Shown one piece after another: positions 49,091-58,187 of a stretch of 64,000 nt of DNA. Position 1 is the stretch's first letter; each line of letters starts with the position of its first letter. The translations under genes and the position numbers were made by a program. Source of the DNA: Synechococcales cyanobacterium VAR_4_metabat_354 (GTDB taxonomy: Bacteria > Cyanobacteriota > Cyanobacteriia > Cyanobacteriales > Chamaesiphonaceae). The notes beneath the pieces are model-generated. The model searched no databases and was not told the origin of the DNA. It was given only the letters and a program-made list of their open reading frames with translations. The stretch covers positions 128,001 to 192,000 of the forward strand of contig JANOQI010000041.1 of the NCBI GenBank assembly GCA_031414775.1, read 5' to 3'.

Positions 49091-50956
49091 ATGACCGAAA
49101 CTAATCCTCCCGTTCTTTCCCTGCGCGATCGATACACTGCTGCTGTCACCGATTTGGTAGAGCGGATTTTGGGCGGCAAACAAATTATCTCGAAGGAATA
49201 TATTCACCGGATACTCAGTAAACAAATTGTGCCCGGAACTAGTGAAGTATTAGAAGGCTGCTTGCAAGAACAGATTCAAGCTGTCACTGAGCAGATTGCT
49301 GCTGCGAGTGAAATTAAACAAGCCAAGCTCGGTCATCGGGTGAAAGCACTCCAAATGATTGGAACTGTTTTGACTCAATGGCAACAGGAACGCCAATCGA
49401 GTGAAGTGGTTACTCAAATTGCCCAACAGCTAATAGCTGCTGATCCGGAAGAACGACTGCGGGTACTGTTTCAGGCGATCGATCGGAATCAATCGCAACC
49501 ACTACAATCGGCACAACTACGCCAAATTGCCACCATATTGCAGCAACAAGCTGACTTAGTACTTTCTGAACCAGCCCAAATCAGCCAACTAGCCACCGGT
49601 CTGGAGAATGGACTAGCGACCTTAAGTGTTTTAGAAGAACATTTAGTTAGTTGGATCTATGACCAAGGCCAACAGGTGGGCTTTGGTGGTGAAGAAGAGC
49701 ATAGTCCGTGGCGGCTCTGGGCTAAATACATTAGTAACCCAGCTACTCAAAAACTATTTATTACGATTGGCTATCAAGGATCGGTGGCCGAATTTGCCGC
49801 TCAGCAGAGTGCCAGCTATGCTGACGATTGGGTACAAATGGCTATTATTCTACAGGGTCTCCAGATTGGACTAGTGGCTTGGTTCGATCGACAGATGTAC
49901 GATATCAAATGGGGAGAGCGCTCTTCTTTCAACACCCTGATCACTTTTAGCTTGATTTGGTGTGAGTTAGCTAACGGTGTGGGCACCAGCACTCGGCAGC
50001 GGACAGCGCTCAGTCAGGCTTGTTGGCAAATCACTTGGCAGATTCTACGGATTGCCGCCCAGCGTAATGATTTTCCGCTCTACGGGGGAATTTTCGCCAC
50101 CTTCTCGGGTGATACTCTGCGCGATGCTCTCGCCTATTTTGATCAACCCCTCAAACAGGTGGCTGGCACCCAAGAAAAAGGACGTATTTTAACGATGTTG
50201 GGTTACTCGCAGCAGGTCTTAGGTCAGATGGATCGATCGATCTCGTTGCACCAAGAAGCGCTATCGATCGCCAATACCGCTGGAGACAAATCCTGTGAAA
50301 TCGCCAATCTCAATCACCTGAGCCGTATCTATCTCCGGGAACAGGACTACGACACCGCTATTAGCTATAGTCAACGAGCCTTGATTTTAGCTCGGCAAGC
50401 TGGCGATAGACGTGGTGAAGCCAATGCCCTGATTAACTATGGCTACAGTGAGGTTCTCGCCGCTCAAGCCGGTACCGAAACAGAAATAGAAGGATATGAA
50501 CAGCATATTAGCTATTTACAGCAGGGGCTGAAACTCGCTGAAAAGCTTGCCGATCAGCAGAGTTTAGCCTTGTGCTATTACAGTCTGGGTATTGCCTATT
50601 TGACAATCCAAGATCTAGAAGAGGCAATTAGTTATTTGACGCAGGGCATTGAAGCGGCTCAAGCAATTAATGATTTGTACTTACGCGGTTTGGGAATCAC
50701 TTACTTAGCAGAAGCTTATTATCAACAGCCAGATTATCCAGCAACTATGTTCTACGCTGGCGTGGGGATGTACTCTCTGTATCAAATTGGTGCCCAAGAG
50801 TGGCGGCAAGCTGCTCGCATTTTAGACAGTTTGGAAAAACAGTTAGGAATTGGCGGTGTGATGATCTTGCCCCAGGAAAAGCTGATTGAGCTGCTGGGTA
50901 CCGAGGGCTATGATTCATTACCAGAGCTGTTAGCGGAATATCGTCGATCGATCTGA
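49091..50956 (+). CDS. Tetratricopeptide-repeat protein (cyanobacterial conserved type)
   Basis: C-terminal TPRs (e.g. AISYSQRALILARQAGDRRGEANAL) and FPLYGG motif. Confidence 0.8.
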   Translation: MTETNPPVLSLRDRYTAAVTDLVERILGGKQIISKEYIHRILSKQIVPGTSEVLEGCLQEQIQAVTEQIAAASEIKQAKLGHRVKALQMIGTVLTQWQQERQSSEVVTQIAQQLIAADPEERLRVLFQAIDRNQSQPLQSAQLRQIATILQQQADLVLSEPAQISQLATGLENGLATLSVLEEHLVSWIYDQGQQVGFGGEEEHSPWRLWAKYISNPATQKLFITIGYQGSVAEFAAQQSASYADDWVQMAIILQGLQIGLVAWFDRQMYDIKWGERSSFNTLITFSLIWCELANGVGTSTRQRTALSQACWQITWQILRIAAQRNDFPLYGGIFATFSGDTLRDALAYFDQPLKQVAGTQEKGRILTMLGYSQQVLGQMDRSISLHQEALSIANTAGDKSCEIANLNHLSRIYLREQDYDTAISYSQRALILARQAGDRRGEANALINYGYSEVLAAQAGTETEIEGYEQHISYLQQGLKLAEKLADQQSLALCYYSLGIAYLTIQDLEEAISYLTQGIEAAQAINDLYLRGLGITYLAEAYYQQPDYPATMFYAGVGMYSLYQIGAQEWRQAARILDSLEKQLGIGGVMILPQEKLIELLGTEGYDSLPELLAEYRRSI

Positions 50957-51041
50957 ATCTTGGTCGTTGACCTGGCCTCAAAACCTTTTGTTTCATCATT
51001 TGTCTAGCTTCCTGTTTTAAAATCGTTCCTTTGCCTGTAAT

Positions 51042-52325
51042 TTATATCGTGATTGATCTTAGATATTGATAGCAAATTCGGGCAATTTGCCACTCTTCTT
51101 GAGTATGGATAGCGAGTAGTCTAACTAGAGATTGAGGACTAGCCAAATCGCGATCGTTACCAGATGATGCGCCAGCTGTGGGTGGCATCGGCAAGTTATT
51201 CACAGCTGGATCTATTTCCACGCCCAGAAAGGCTAATTTCGAGGCCACGGCGGCACGAATTCCGGCGTGATTTTCTCCCACTCCAGCCGTAAAAATTAAT
51301 GCATCCACACCACCCAAATTCGGTAAGAAAGCAGCAATTTTAGCTGCCAGCCGATCGATATAAATATCTAAAGCTAACTTCGCCCTAATATTACCCACCT
51401 CAATCGCCTTATCGATTTCCTGTAGATCGTTAGATATCCCAGAAACACCCCATAATCCCGACTCAAAATTTAAAATTCTATCGAGTTCTGTTACGGTATA
51501 TTCCCTTTCTCGTAATAGATGGAGAATTATCCCTGGATCGATCGATCCGCAGCGGGTACCCATCATTAAACCATCAAGGGGTGTAAAGCCCATCGTCGTA
51601 TCGATACACCGCCCAAATTTAATCGCGGCTAGCGAACAACCATTACCTAAATGACAACTAATTAAGCGTAATTTATCCAGATCTTGCCCTAATAATTGTG
51701 CCGCTCGCTGGGTGCAATATTGATGACTAATTCCGTGAAAACCATATTTTCTGATTCCTCGTTCTAACCACTGATAGGGTACGGGATAAACATAAGCTGT
51801 TTCTGGCAAATCTCCATAAAAAGCCGTGTCGAATACCGCCATTTGTGGTAAATCAGCGGATAATAATTCAATTGTCTCAATTCCCATTAAATTAGCTGGA
51901 TTATGAAGCGGTGCAAATATCGATAATCGATCGATCTCGGTTTTCACATCAGCATTGATTAACGTCGGTTGACGGTATTTATCTCCCCCATGTACTATCC
52001 GATGCCCGACTATATCGATTTCTTTAATCCTATTAATAACTTGAGTTTCTCCACTCCATAGACAATTTAATAGATATCCAATATCCGCCGCGCGACTCGT
52101 TTCAGATCGCTCCTCTCTTATTGCTGCTGTTTTTAATGGCAGGCTTTTGCCAGTAGGTATGGAATCATCTAACTTCTGTGCTCTTAACACTGTTGTCTCA
52201 GTATTCCAATCGATTTGCCCCATCCATAATGGCACTACTAAATCTATCGGTAACAATTCCCTAGTTACTCGATACAATCTCGATTTAAAACTACTTGAGC
52301 CAGCATTAAAGATTAAGATATTCAT
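51042..52325 (-). CDS. ackA: Acetate kinase
   Basis: NAGSSSFK, GHRIVHGG, APLHNP, FDTAF, YGFHGISH, HLGNG, FTAGVGEN. Confidence 0.97.
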   Translation of the reverse strand: MNILIFNAGSSSFKSRLYRVTRELLPIDLVVPLWMGQIDWNTETTVLRAQKLDDSIPTGKSLPLKTAAIREERSETSRAADIGYLLNCLWSGETQVINRIKEIDIVGHRIVHGGDKYRQPTLINADVKTEIDRLSIFAPLHNPANLMGIETIELLSADLPQMAVFDTAFYGDLPETAYVYPVPYQWLERGIRKYGFHGISHQYCTQRAAQLLGQDLDKLRLISCHLGNGCSLAAIKFGRCIDTTMGFTPLDGLMMGTRCGSIDPGIILHLLREREYTVTELDRILNFESGLWGVSGISNDLQEIDKAIEVGNIRAKLALDIYIDRLAAKIAAFLPNLGGVDALIFTAGVGENHAGIRAAVASKLAFLGVEIDPAVNNLPMPPTAGASSGNDRDLASPQSLVRLLAIHTQEEWQIARICYQYLRSITI

Positions 52326-52329
52326 TGAT

Positions 52330-54696
52330 CTAATCTAAATTTTCCCATTGCCAATTAACGACGGCGGGTAAGTCGGTGCCGTGGGTATAGGCGTATTGAC
52401 GACATTCGACTTGACGGTTTTTAAGTTGTTCTTTGGTGTGTGCCCCAGCTACTTGTAATTTAGGTACTCGATCGATCGCATCAATAGCAATAGTAAATCG
52501 ATCGATCTGATTATTCATGGCTAATTCTAGCGGGGTATTAATATTTCCTTTTTCTTTATAACCCCGCACATGAAGATTGTGATGATTCGTCCGGCGATAG
52601 GCTAAACGGTGAATTAGCCAGGGATAGCCATGAAAATTGAAAATAATTGGTTTGTCGATTGTAAATAAACTATCAAAATCTCGATCGCTAAAACCATTGG
52701 GATATTCTAGTGGTGGTTGGAGCGCGAGCAGATCGACAACATTAATAAACCGAATCTTCAGATCGGGAAATGCCTCATGTAAAAGTGCTGTCGCGGCCAG
52801 AGCTTCTTGGGTGGGAACATCGCCAGCACAAGCGATGACAATATCTGGTTCAACACCGCGATCGGTACTAGCCCATTCCCAAATGCCCATCCCTTTTGCA
52901 CAGTGAGCGATTGCCGCCACCATTGATAAATATTGAAGATGGGGTTGTTTATCAGAAACGATGACATTAATTTGATCAGTACTTTTGAAACAACGATCGG
53001 CGATCGCCAATAAACAATTTACATCGGGTGGTAAATAAATCCGCACTACTTCGCCACTTTTATTGGCTACTAAATCGAGAAAGCCGGGATCTTGATGGGT
53101 GAAACCATTATGATCCTGTCGCCATACTGTCGAAGTAATTAATAAATTGAGCGAAGCAACTTCTGCTCGCCATGATAATTTGCGAGCAATTTCTAACCAT
53201 TTAGCATGTTGATTGAACATCGAATCGATGACGTGAACAAATGCCTCATAGGTTGATAATAATCCATGTCTGCCCGTCAATAAATAGCCCTCTAGCCAGC
53301 CTTCTAGAGTATGCTCACTCAACATTTCCATCGCTCGCCCATCTAGAGCTATTTCGCTCCCGTCGGCATCTTCTGGCAAGTATGAACCCCACCACACTTT
53401 TTTGGTGGCTTCATAGACCGCCTGAAGTTGATTAGAAGCTGTCTCATCTGGACCAAATAAGCGGAAATTATCGGGATTAGTTTGGATGATATCCCGCATA
53501 AATACGCCCAAGGGGTAAGTATTAGATATCTCGATCGATCCTGGCACTTGTACGTCTACCCCATACTGCTGGAAATCAGGAAGGCGTAGCGATTTTCGTA
53601 GTAAGCCGCCATTAGCATGACGATTGCTACCCATTCGCTGATTCCCTTGCGGTGCGATCGATCGAAATTCTGATCGCAATTTACCATTTTCGTTGAATAA
53701 TTCTTCTGGGTGATAACTTTTTAGCCAGTCCACTAACATCTGGAGTTGTTTGGGATCGTGCTTGACTGCTTTGAGAGGGACTTGATGTGATCGCCAGGAA
53801 CCTTCTAATTGATGACCATCGAGTTCTTTTGGTCCTGTCCAGCCCTTGGGAGAGCGGAAGACGATCGCTGGATACATCGGGCGATTAAGATCGCCTTCCA
53901 GGCGGGCGCGGGCTTGGAGGGCATGAATATCTTCGATACAGCGATCGAGCGTCGCCGCCATTGCTTCGTGCATGGTGTCATAGTCATCCCCTTCCACAAA
54001 GTAGGGAGTATAACCATAACCCACCAATAAGCTTTCTAGTTCCTGATGGCTAATCCGAGCTAAGATAGTCGGGTTATTAATCTTGTAACCATTCAGATGG
54101 AGAATCGGCAATACTACCCCATCCCGACGGGGATCGAGAAACTTATTGGAATGCCAAGCGGTTGCTAGTGGCCCAGTTTCAGCTTCGCCATCACCGACGA
54201 CGACAACGCTAATTAGATCTGGGTTGTCGAATACCGTACCGTAGGCGTGGGAGATACTATACCCAAGTTCGCCCCCTTCATGAATCGAGCCAGGGGTTTC
54301 TGGCGTACAGTGACTACCAATCCCTCCAGGGAACGAAAACTGCCGGAAGAAAGCCCGCATTCCCTCCAGATCTTCGGATTTGTCGGTGTAAATTTCCGAG
54401 TAGCTGCCTTCTAAATAGACAGGGGCGAGGATTCCCGGTGCACCATGTCCCGGCCCAGCTAGATAAATGGCATTAAGATCGAATTTATTAATTATGCGGT
54501 TGAGATGAGTGTAGATGAAACTTAATCCGGGGCTGGTACCCCAGTGACCTAAGAGGCGATTTTTGATGTGCTCTGGTTTGAGCGGTTCGCGCAGGAGGGG
54601 ATTATCTTGCAAGTAAATCATCCCAGCGGCGAGGTAATTGCAAGCACGCCAAAAACCGTGCATTTGACGTAATTCTGTAGTGGTAAGTACAGTCAT
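52330..54696 (-). CDS. xfp: Phosphoketolase (XFP)
   Basis: [44 protein letters not shown]. Confidence 0.97.
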   Translation of the reverse strand: MTVLTTTELRQMHGFWRACNYLAAGMIYLQDNPLLREPLKPEHIKNRLLGHWGTSPGLSFIYTHLNRIINKFDLNAIYLAGPGHGAPGILAPVYLEGSYSEIYTDKSEDLEGMRAFFRQFSFPGGIGSHCTPETPGSIHEGGELGYSISHAYGTVFDNPDLISVVVVGDGEAETGPLATAWHSNKFLDPRRDGVVLPILHLNGYKINNPTILARISHQELESLLVGYGYTPYFVEGDDYDTMHEAMAATLDRCIEDIHALQARARLEGDLNRPMYPAIVFRSPKGWTGPKELDGHQLEGSWRSHQVPLKAVKHDPKQLQMLVDWLKSYHPEELFNENGKLRSEFRSIAPQGNQRMGSNRHANGGLLRKSLRLPDFQQYGVDVQVPGSIEISNTYPLGVFMRDIIQTNPDNFRLFGPDETASNQLQAVYEATKKVWWGSYLPEDADGSEIALDGRAMEMLSEHTLEGWLEGYLLTGRHGLLSTYEAFVHVIDSMFNQHAKWLEIARKLSWRAEVASLNLLITSTVWRQDHNGFTHQDPGFLDLVANKSGEVVRIYLPPDVNCLLAIADRCFKSTDQINVIVSDKQPHLQYLSMVAAIAHCAKGMGIWEWASTDRGVEPDIVIACAGDVPTQEALAATALLHEAFPDLKIRFINVVDLLALQPPLEYPNGFSDRDFDSLFTIDKPIIFNFHGYPWLIHRLAYRRTNHHNLHVRGYKEKGNINTPLELAMNNQIDRFTIAIDAIDRVPKLQVAGAHTKEQLKNRQVECRQYAYTHGTDLPAVVNWQWENLD

Positions 54697-54960
54697 AGGT
54701 TTGTGCTTTTAACTCAAAAGAGGTTGAGGTGTTGTGAGTTACTTGCGGTTCTCGCCAAGAACACTGCTCTGTTCGTGAGCAAGCATCATTGAGAAAATCT
54801 AGTAGCTATTTAGTAACTTTGAACTGTCTAAACAGCTAGCGTCTTGCCAGACAAACTCGCGTTTCTATATTCTGATTATATACTTGTCACCAGCTATGTA
54901 ATTGTAGAGTTGTGTCCAATGATTGTGCCAACCTACGTAGTACTGGTCTAGTAATTATAA

Positions 54961-55638
54961 TTAGCACCAAGATTGTTCGTCTGGGGGATTATTAATTAAT
55001 TCACGAATATTTGCTTCGATCACTCGATAACCAACGTTACCATTAAGTCGTTGTCTGCCTTCATTGAAAATTAAGGTGGGACTGACTGTGACGGTATGTT
55101 CTTTGACTAATTCAAAGTCTTTTGATAGTTGAGCATAAGCATTGCCATTATCGATCTGTGCTTGAATGGCAGCGATTGGTAGTTCTAGTTGTTCAGCAAT
55201 TTTAAACTGAACTTTGCGATCAGATATATCAGCTAATTTAGTGAAAAATTGCTCTCTAAATGCGGCGATCGTTTTCTCGAACATGCAATCAGATCGATCG
55301 ATTAAATCTTTGTTTTCGAGGATCTGAATAGCATGGAGGAATAAATGGGCAGACGTTGATGAGGTAGGAGTGGCTTGAGTCCAAATATCGGGATGTATGC
55401 TAATGTGGTTGAATTTTTTGGCACTTTCTTGAACGTGGTTGCTATAACCGCGTAAGCCACCGCGATCTCGCCATCGAAGTTGTAATTTTTCGTGAGCGTT
55501 GCCAAAAATTGAGACAAAATGATGATCGATCGAGACTTTATCTTCAAAGGTAGTCTCTAATTCATCTAGTCTAATCTGAGCAATATAAGCCCAAATGCAG
55601 AGAACATCTGAAAAATATAAAATCTGAATTGGTTCCAT
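54961..55638 (-). CDS. DsbA/FrnE-like thioredoxin-fold protein
   Basis: YFSDVLCIWAY, cis-Pro VSPT, GRQRL.GNVGYRVIEAN, C-terminal SWC. Confidence 0.8.
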   Translation of the reverse strand: MEPIQILYFSDVLCIWAYIAQIRLDELETTFEDKVSIDHHFVSIFGNAHEKLQLRWRDRGGLRGYSNHVQESAKKFNHISIHPDIWTQATPTSSTSAHLFLHAIQILENKDLIDRSDCMFEKTIAAFREQFFTKLADISDRKVQFKIAEQLELPIAAIQAQIDNGNAYAQLSKDFELVKEHTVTVSPTLIFNEGRQRLNGNVGYRVIEANIRELINNPPDEQSWC

Positions 55639-56177
55639 GATTAGTATTGATTTACGAGTGGCTGGATTTATTTGTGCTGTTTTATGATTATTTTTCTTTA
55701 TTTAATTATATGGTCGAATAGCTATATGTGCGAATGAGGTGATTGACGATTTGGACTTGTTAAAACTATTAGAGCTTTGCTTCAGTGAGGGAGCTGAAGT
55801 TTGATTGTTAATGGCAATCTGTCTAAGACTAGCTATGTAGTGATCGATCCGAAGACCGATCGCTATTTGGCAACATCAGTTAAGTGCTCTTTTAAATCAT
55901 GCCACCGCTCAGGATTATTCGGTGGTGGGGTATGTGCTACAAAACTTGATTGTAATGACATTGAAAACCATACTGAGGACAAAATTTGGCACAACGACAA
56001 TAGCAATTACCACGCTTGTGAGAAATTCCCTTTGATTCTTGCTGTCTCATGATGATGGTGGTATTGAATTGGCAAGCTGCGGATTCATGGTTGGATGAGT
56101 TGCCCTATTTAGCTTTCACCAAAGCTGCACCGCTAGAAGTATTGAAACATTGTCATGAGATTCTGCATGATGGGGTT

Positions 56178-56535
56178 TAACATTCTACGCGCGTGCGAAG
56201 TCCGCGATTTTAGTCGTAGGTAAGCAATGGGTAGCTGCTTATGACAAGAGTTTGTAGCGGTTCTGGCGACGGATGTTTGAGTGGCGTGTTGCACCACAAT
56301 GGTACGCGATCGCTTACCTTCCCTTTTTGTTTTTTTTGCAGCTGTTTTATTCACTGGATGGAATAGTTGGGAACCCCAAAGTTTTGAATGTAGTGCTGAA
56401 TACTCGGAACTGTCTGCTCTATGGGATTGCTGGTATCCTTGTAATAATGAATCCTCAGTCTTGATTATAGCAATGGCGAGCACTGCTTTTGCTTTTGGAT
56501 CTTGATGATTATTCACTATTAACTGTAGAATGTTA
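56178..56535. repeat. 11-bp inverted repeat TAACATTCTAC (56178-56188) / GTAGAATGTTA (56525-56535); the left arm continues into GCGCGT
   Basis: Read directly from the sequence; perfect 11/11 reverse complement. Confidence 0.6.
56246..56464 (+). pseudogene. Possible remnant of a CPBP/Abi (CAAX-protease-like) membrane protein gene
   Basis: Frame reads KSL*RFWRRMFEWRVAPQWYAIAYLP, resembling the WRV..WY segment of CPBP proteins; in-frame TAG at 56255 and no EE/H catalytic motifs. Confidence 0.3.
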
Positions 56536-56560
56536 TTTTTATACACTTAAATGCCAGCTC

Positions 56561-58126
56561 ATGGAATTGTCTCGCGAAACTGTTATCGATCGATACCGTC
56601 AGCGAATTGCCCAAGGCGATCGATCTAAACTCTCTAAATCCGAGCTGACCGAATTTATCGCAGATTTTATCGGGCAGTTGGCTATCCTCAAATCCAAGTC
56701 ACGGATCGAGTCTCTTTGTTTGAGTGAAATTGCTCTGCTGGAAGAGGGCTACCCTCAGCCTACGGTGGGTAAGGTTTATTTACCGATGTACCGCAAGGCG
56801 ATTAAGAGTGCGATCGACAATGGTGAGTTGTCTTTGACCAAAGGCACTAGTCACGAATACTCTTACTCCAAGAGAAATGGTGATTCTGGCTCGACGATCG
56901 AACACTTTGCTCTCACTTTTTTGAAGTATGATACTGCCACCTATGGCCAGTTTGCTGCTGCTGCTGCCGATCGCAACAATACCAAGCAAGATAATCTTCA
57001 GGCTGTGGAGTTGGAGGCTTTTTTGGCGGTGGCTGCTGATTTGTTGCAGTCCGATAATCCTTTCGATTTGGCGGCTGGTATCGCTGCTACTACCGGTCGG
57101 CGCTTTTCGGAGGTGGTGGCTAAGGGGGCGTTTACTCCATCTGATGATCCTTATTGGCTCTCGTTTGAAGGTCAGTTGAAGAAACGGACTAAGGCTGATC
57201 GCTTTCTCACACCTTGTCTACTACCGGCTGTTACTGTTCTGGCTGCTTTAGAAAGTTTTCGTGGACATTCACGCATTGTCCAGCTCTCTCAGGGTACGCC
57301 AGATGAACTAAATCGCAGTTTGGCTGATTCGGTGAAGCGTTCGGTTAAGTCTCACTTTAGTGGGATTGTACCGATGCTGCCAGGGGAGAGGGCGGTTTCT
57401 GTTCATAATTTGCGCGGTGTCTATGCTCAGGTTTGTACTTACTATTTTTGTCCACCCGATCGCACTACTGCCCGCTTTTTACAGGAATGTCTGGGTCATG
57501 TTATTTCGGCGGAGGAGTTGAAACGATCAAATTCGGCGGCTACTCAGTACTATTTTCACTATTATTTGGTGGATAGTCTTGGTAATCACCTTTCGGCGAA
57601 GGGCACCTTGTTGGGAATTGACGCTCCTGTCGAACCTCTATCTACTCCCTCGGATGATTCGATTTCTGCCCTCCAGGAAGAAGTTAGTCGTCTGTGGGCG
57701 CAGGTGCACCGGACTACTGTTCCGGCGGTAGATTTGTCTGGCGATCTTGCTACTGCGATCGATCGCATTTCTTCTCTTGAATCGGCTCTGAAAGATGCCC
57801 ATCGCCGTATTGACCAGCTGCTAACTATTGTTCAGCCTAATATTCCACGCAATTCTAAGCGTCGCACTCCTGCTGCCGTGAAGATTTTGATGGCGATTGA
57901 TGCCATCTTTTTGTGGAATTCCCAGCATCCCCAAAAGTTTGCTGTCTCTCAGACCTTGTTGCTGAAGGCTACTGGTTGCAATCGTCCGGCTATTCAAAGG
58001 GTTTTAGCCGATCTGGCTGAGGAGATCGATCGCCATCATGCTCAGTTTTCGATCAGCTCTCGCAGCCAATCCCGCCATCTTGATGCAATCCTTCAATTTC
58101 TGAAAGAGAGTGTCAACGATATTTAA
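56561..58126 (+). CDS. Protelomerase / telomere resolvase family protein (tyrosine-recombinase fold)
   Basis: ATTGRRFSEV, FEGQLKKR, VHNLRGVYA, LGH and ATQYY match the R-K-R-H-Y catalytic order of TelN/TelK/ResT; followed by a coiled coil and a C-terminal helical domain. ATG at 56561. Confidence 0.85.
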   Translation: MELSRETVIDRYRQRIAQGDRSKLSKSELTEFIADFIGQLAILKSKSRIESLCLSEIALLEEGYPQPTVGKVYLPMYRKAIKSAIDNGELSLTKGTSHEYSYSKRNGDSGSTIEHFALTFLKYDTATYGQFAAAAADRNNTKQDNLQAVELEAFLAVAADLLQSDNPFDLAAGIAATTGRRFSEVVAKGAFTPSDDPYWLSFEGQLKKRTKADRFLTPCLLPAVTVLAALESFRGHSRIVQLSQGTPDELNRSLADSVKRSVKSHFSGIVPMLPGERAVSVHNLRGVYAQVCTYYFCPPDRTTARFLQECLGHVISAEELKRSNSAATQYYFHYYLVDSLGNHLSAKGTLLGIDAPVEPLSTPSDDSISALQEEVSRLWAQVHRTTVPAVDLSGDLATAIDRISSLESALKDAHRRIDQLLTIVQPNIPRNSKRRTPAAVKILMAIDAIFLWNSQHPQKFAVSQTLLLKATGCNRPAIQRVLADLAEEIDRHHAQFSISSRSQSRHLDAILQFLKESVNDI

Positions 58127-58187
58127 ACGCTTGGCGATGACGGATTCTTGGATTAAGCAACGCTGCTCTTGGTAATAACTCATCAAC

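Noticed and set aside
55801..56052. 83-aa Cys-rich plus-strand ORF
   Set aside because: TTG start, no recognisable family; likely spurious.
56133..56546. 137-aa minus-strand ORF upstream of the protelomerase
   Set aside because: No motifs or protein-like pattern.
56080..58151. CGGATTCWTGG near-direct repeat (56080-56090 and 58141-58151) flanking the protelomerase module as a possible att site or target duplication
   Set aside because: A 10/11 match is expected by chance over the area inspected; it needs an empty-site comparison.
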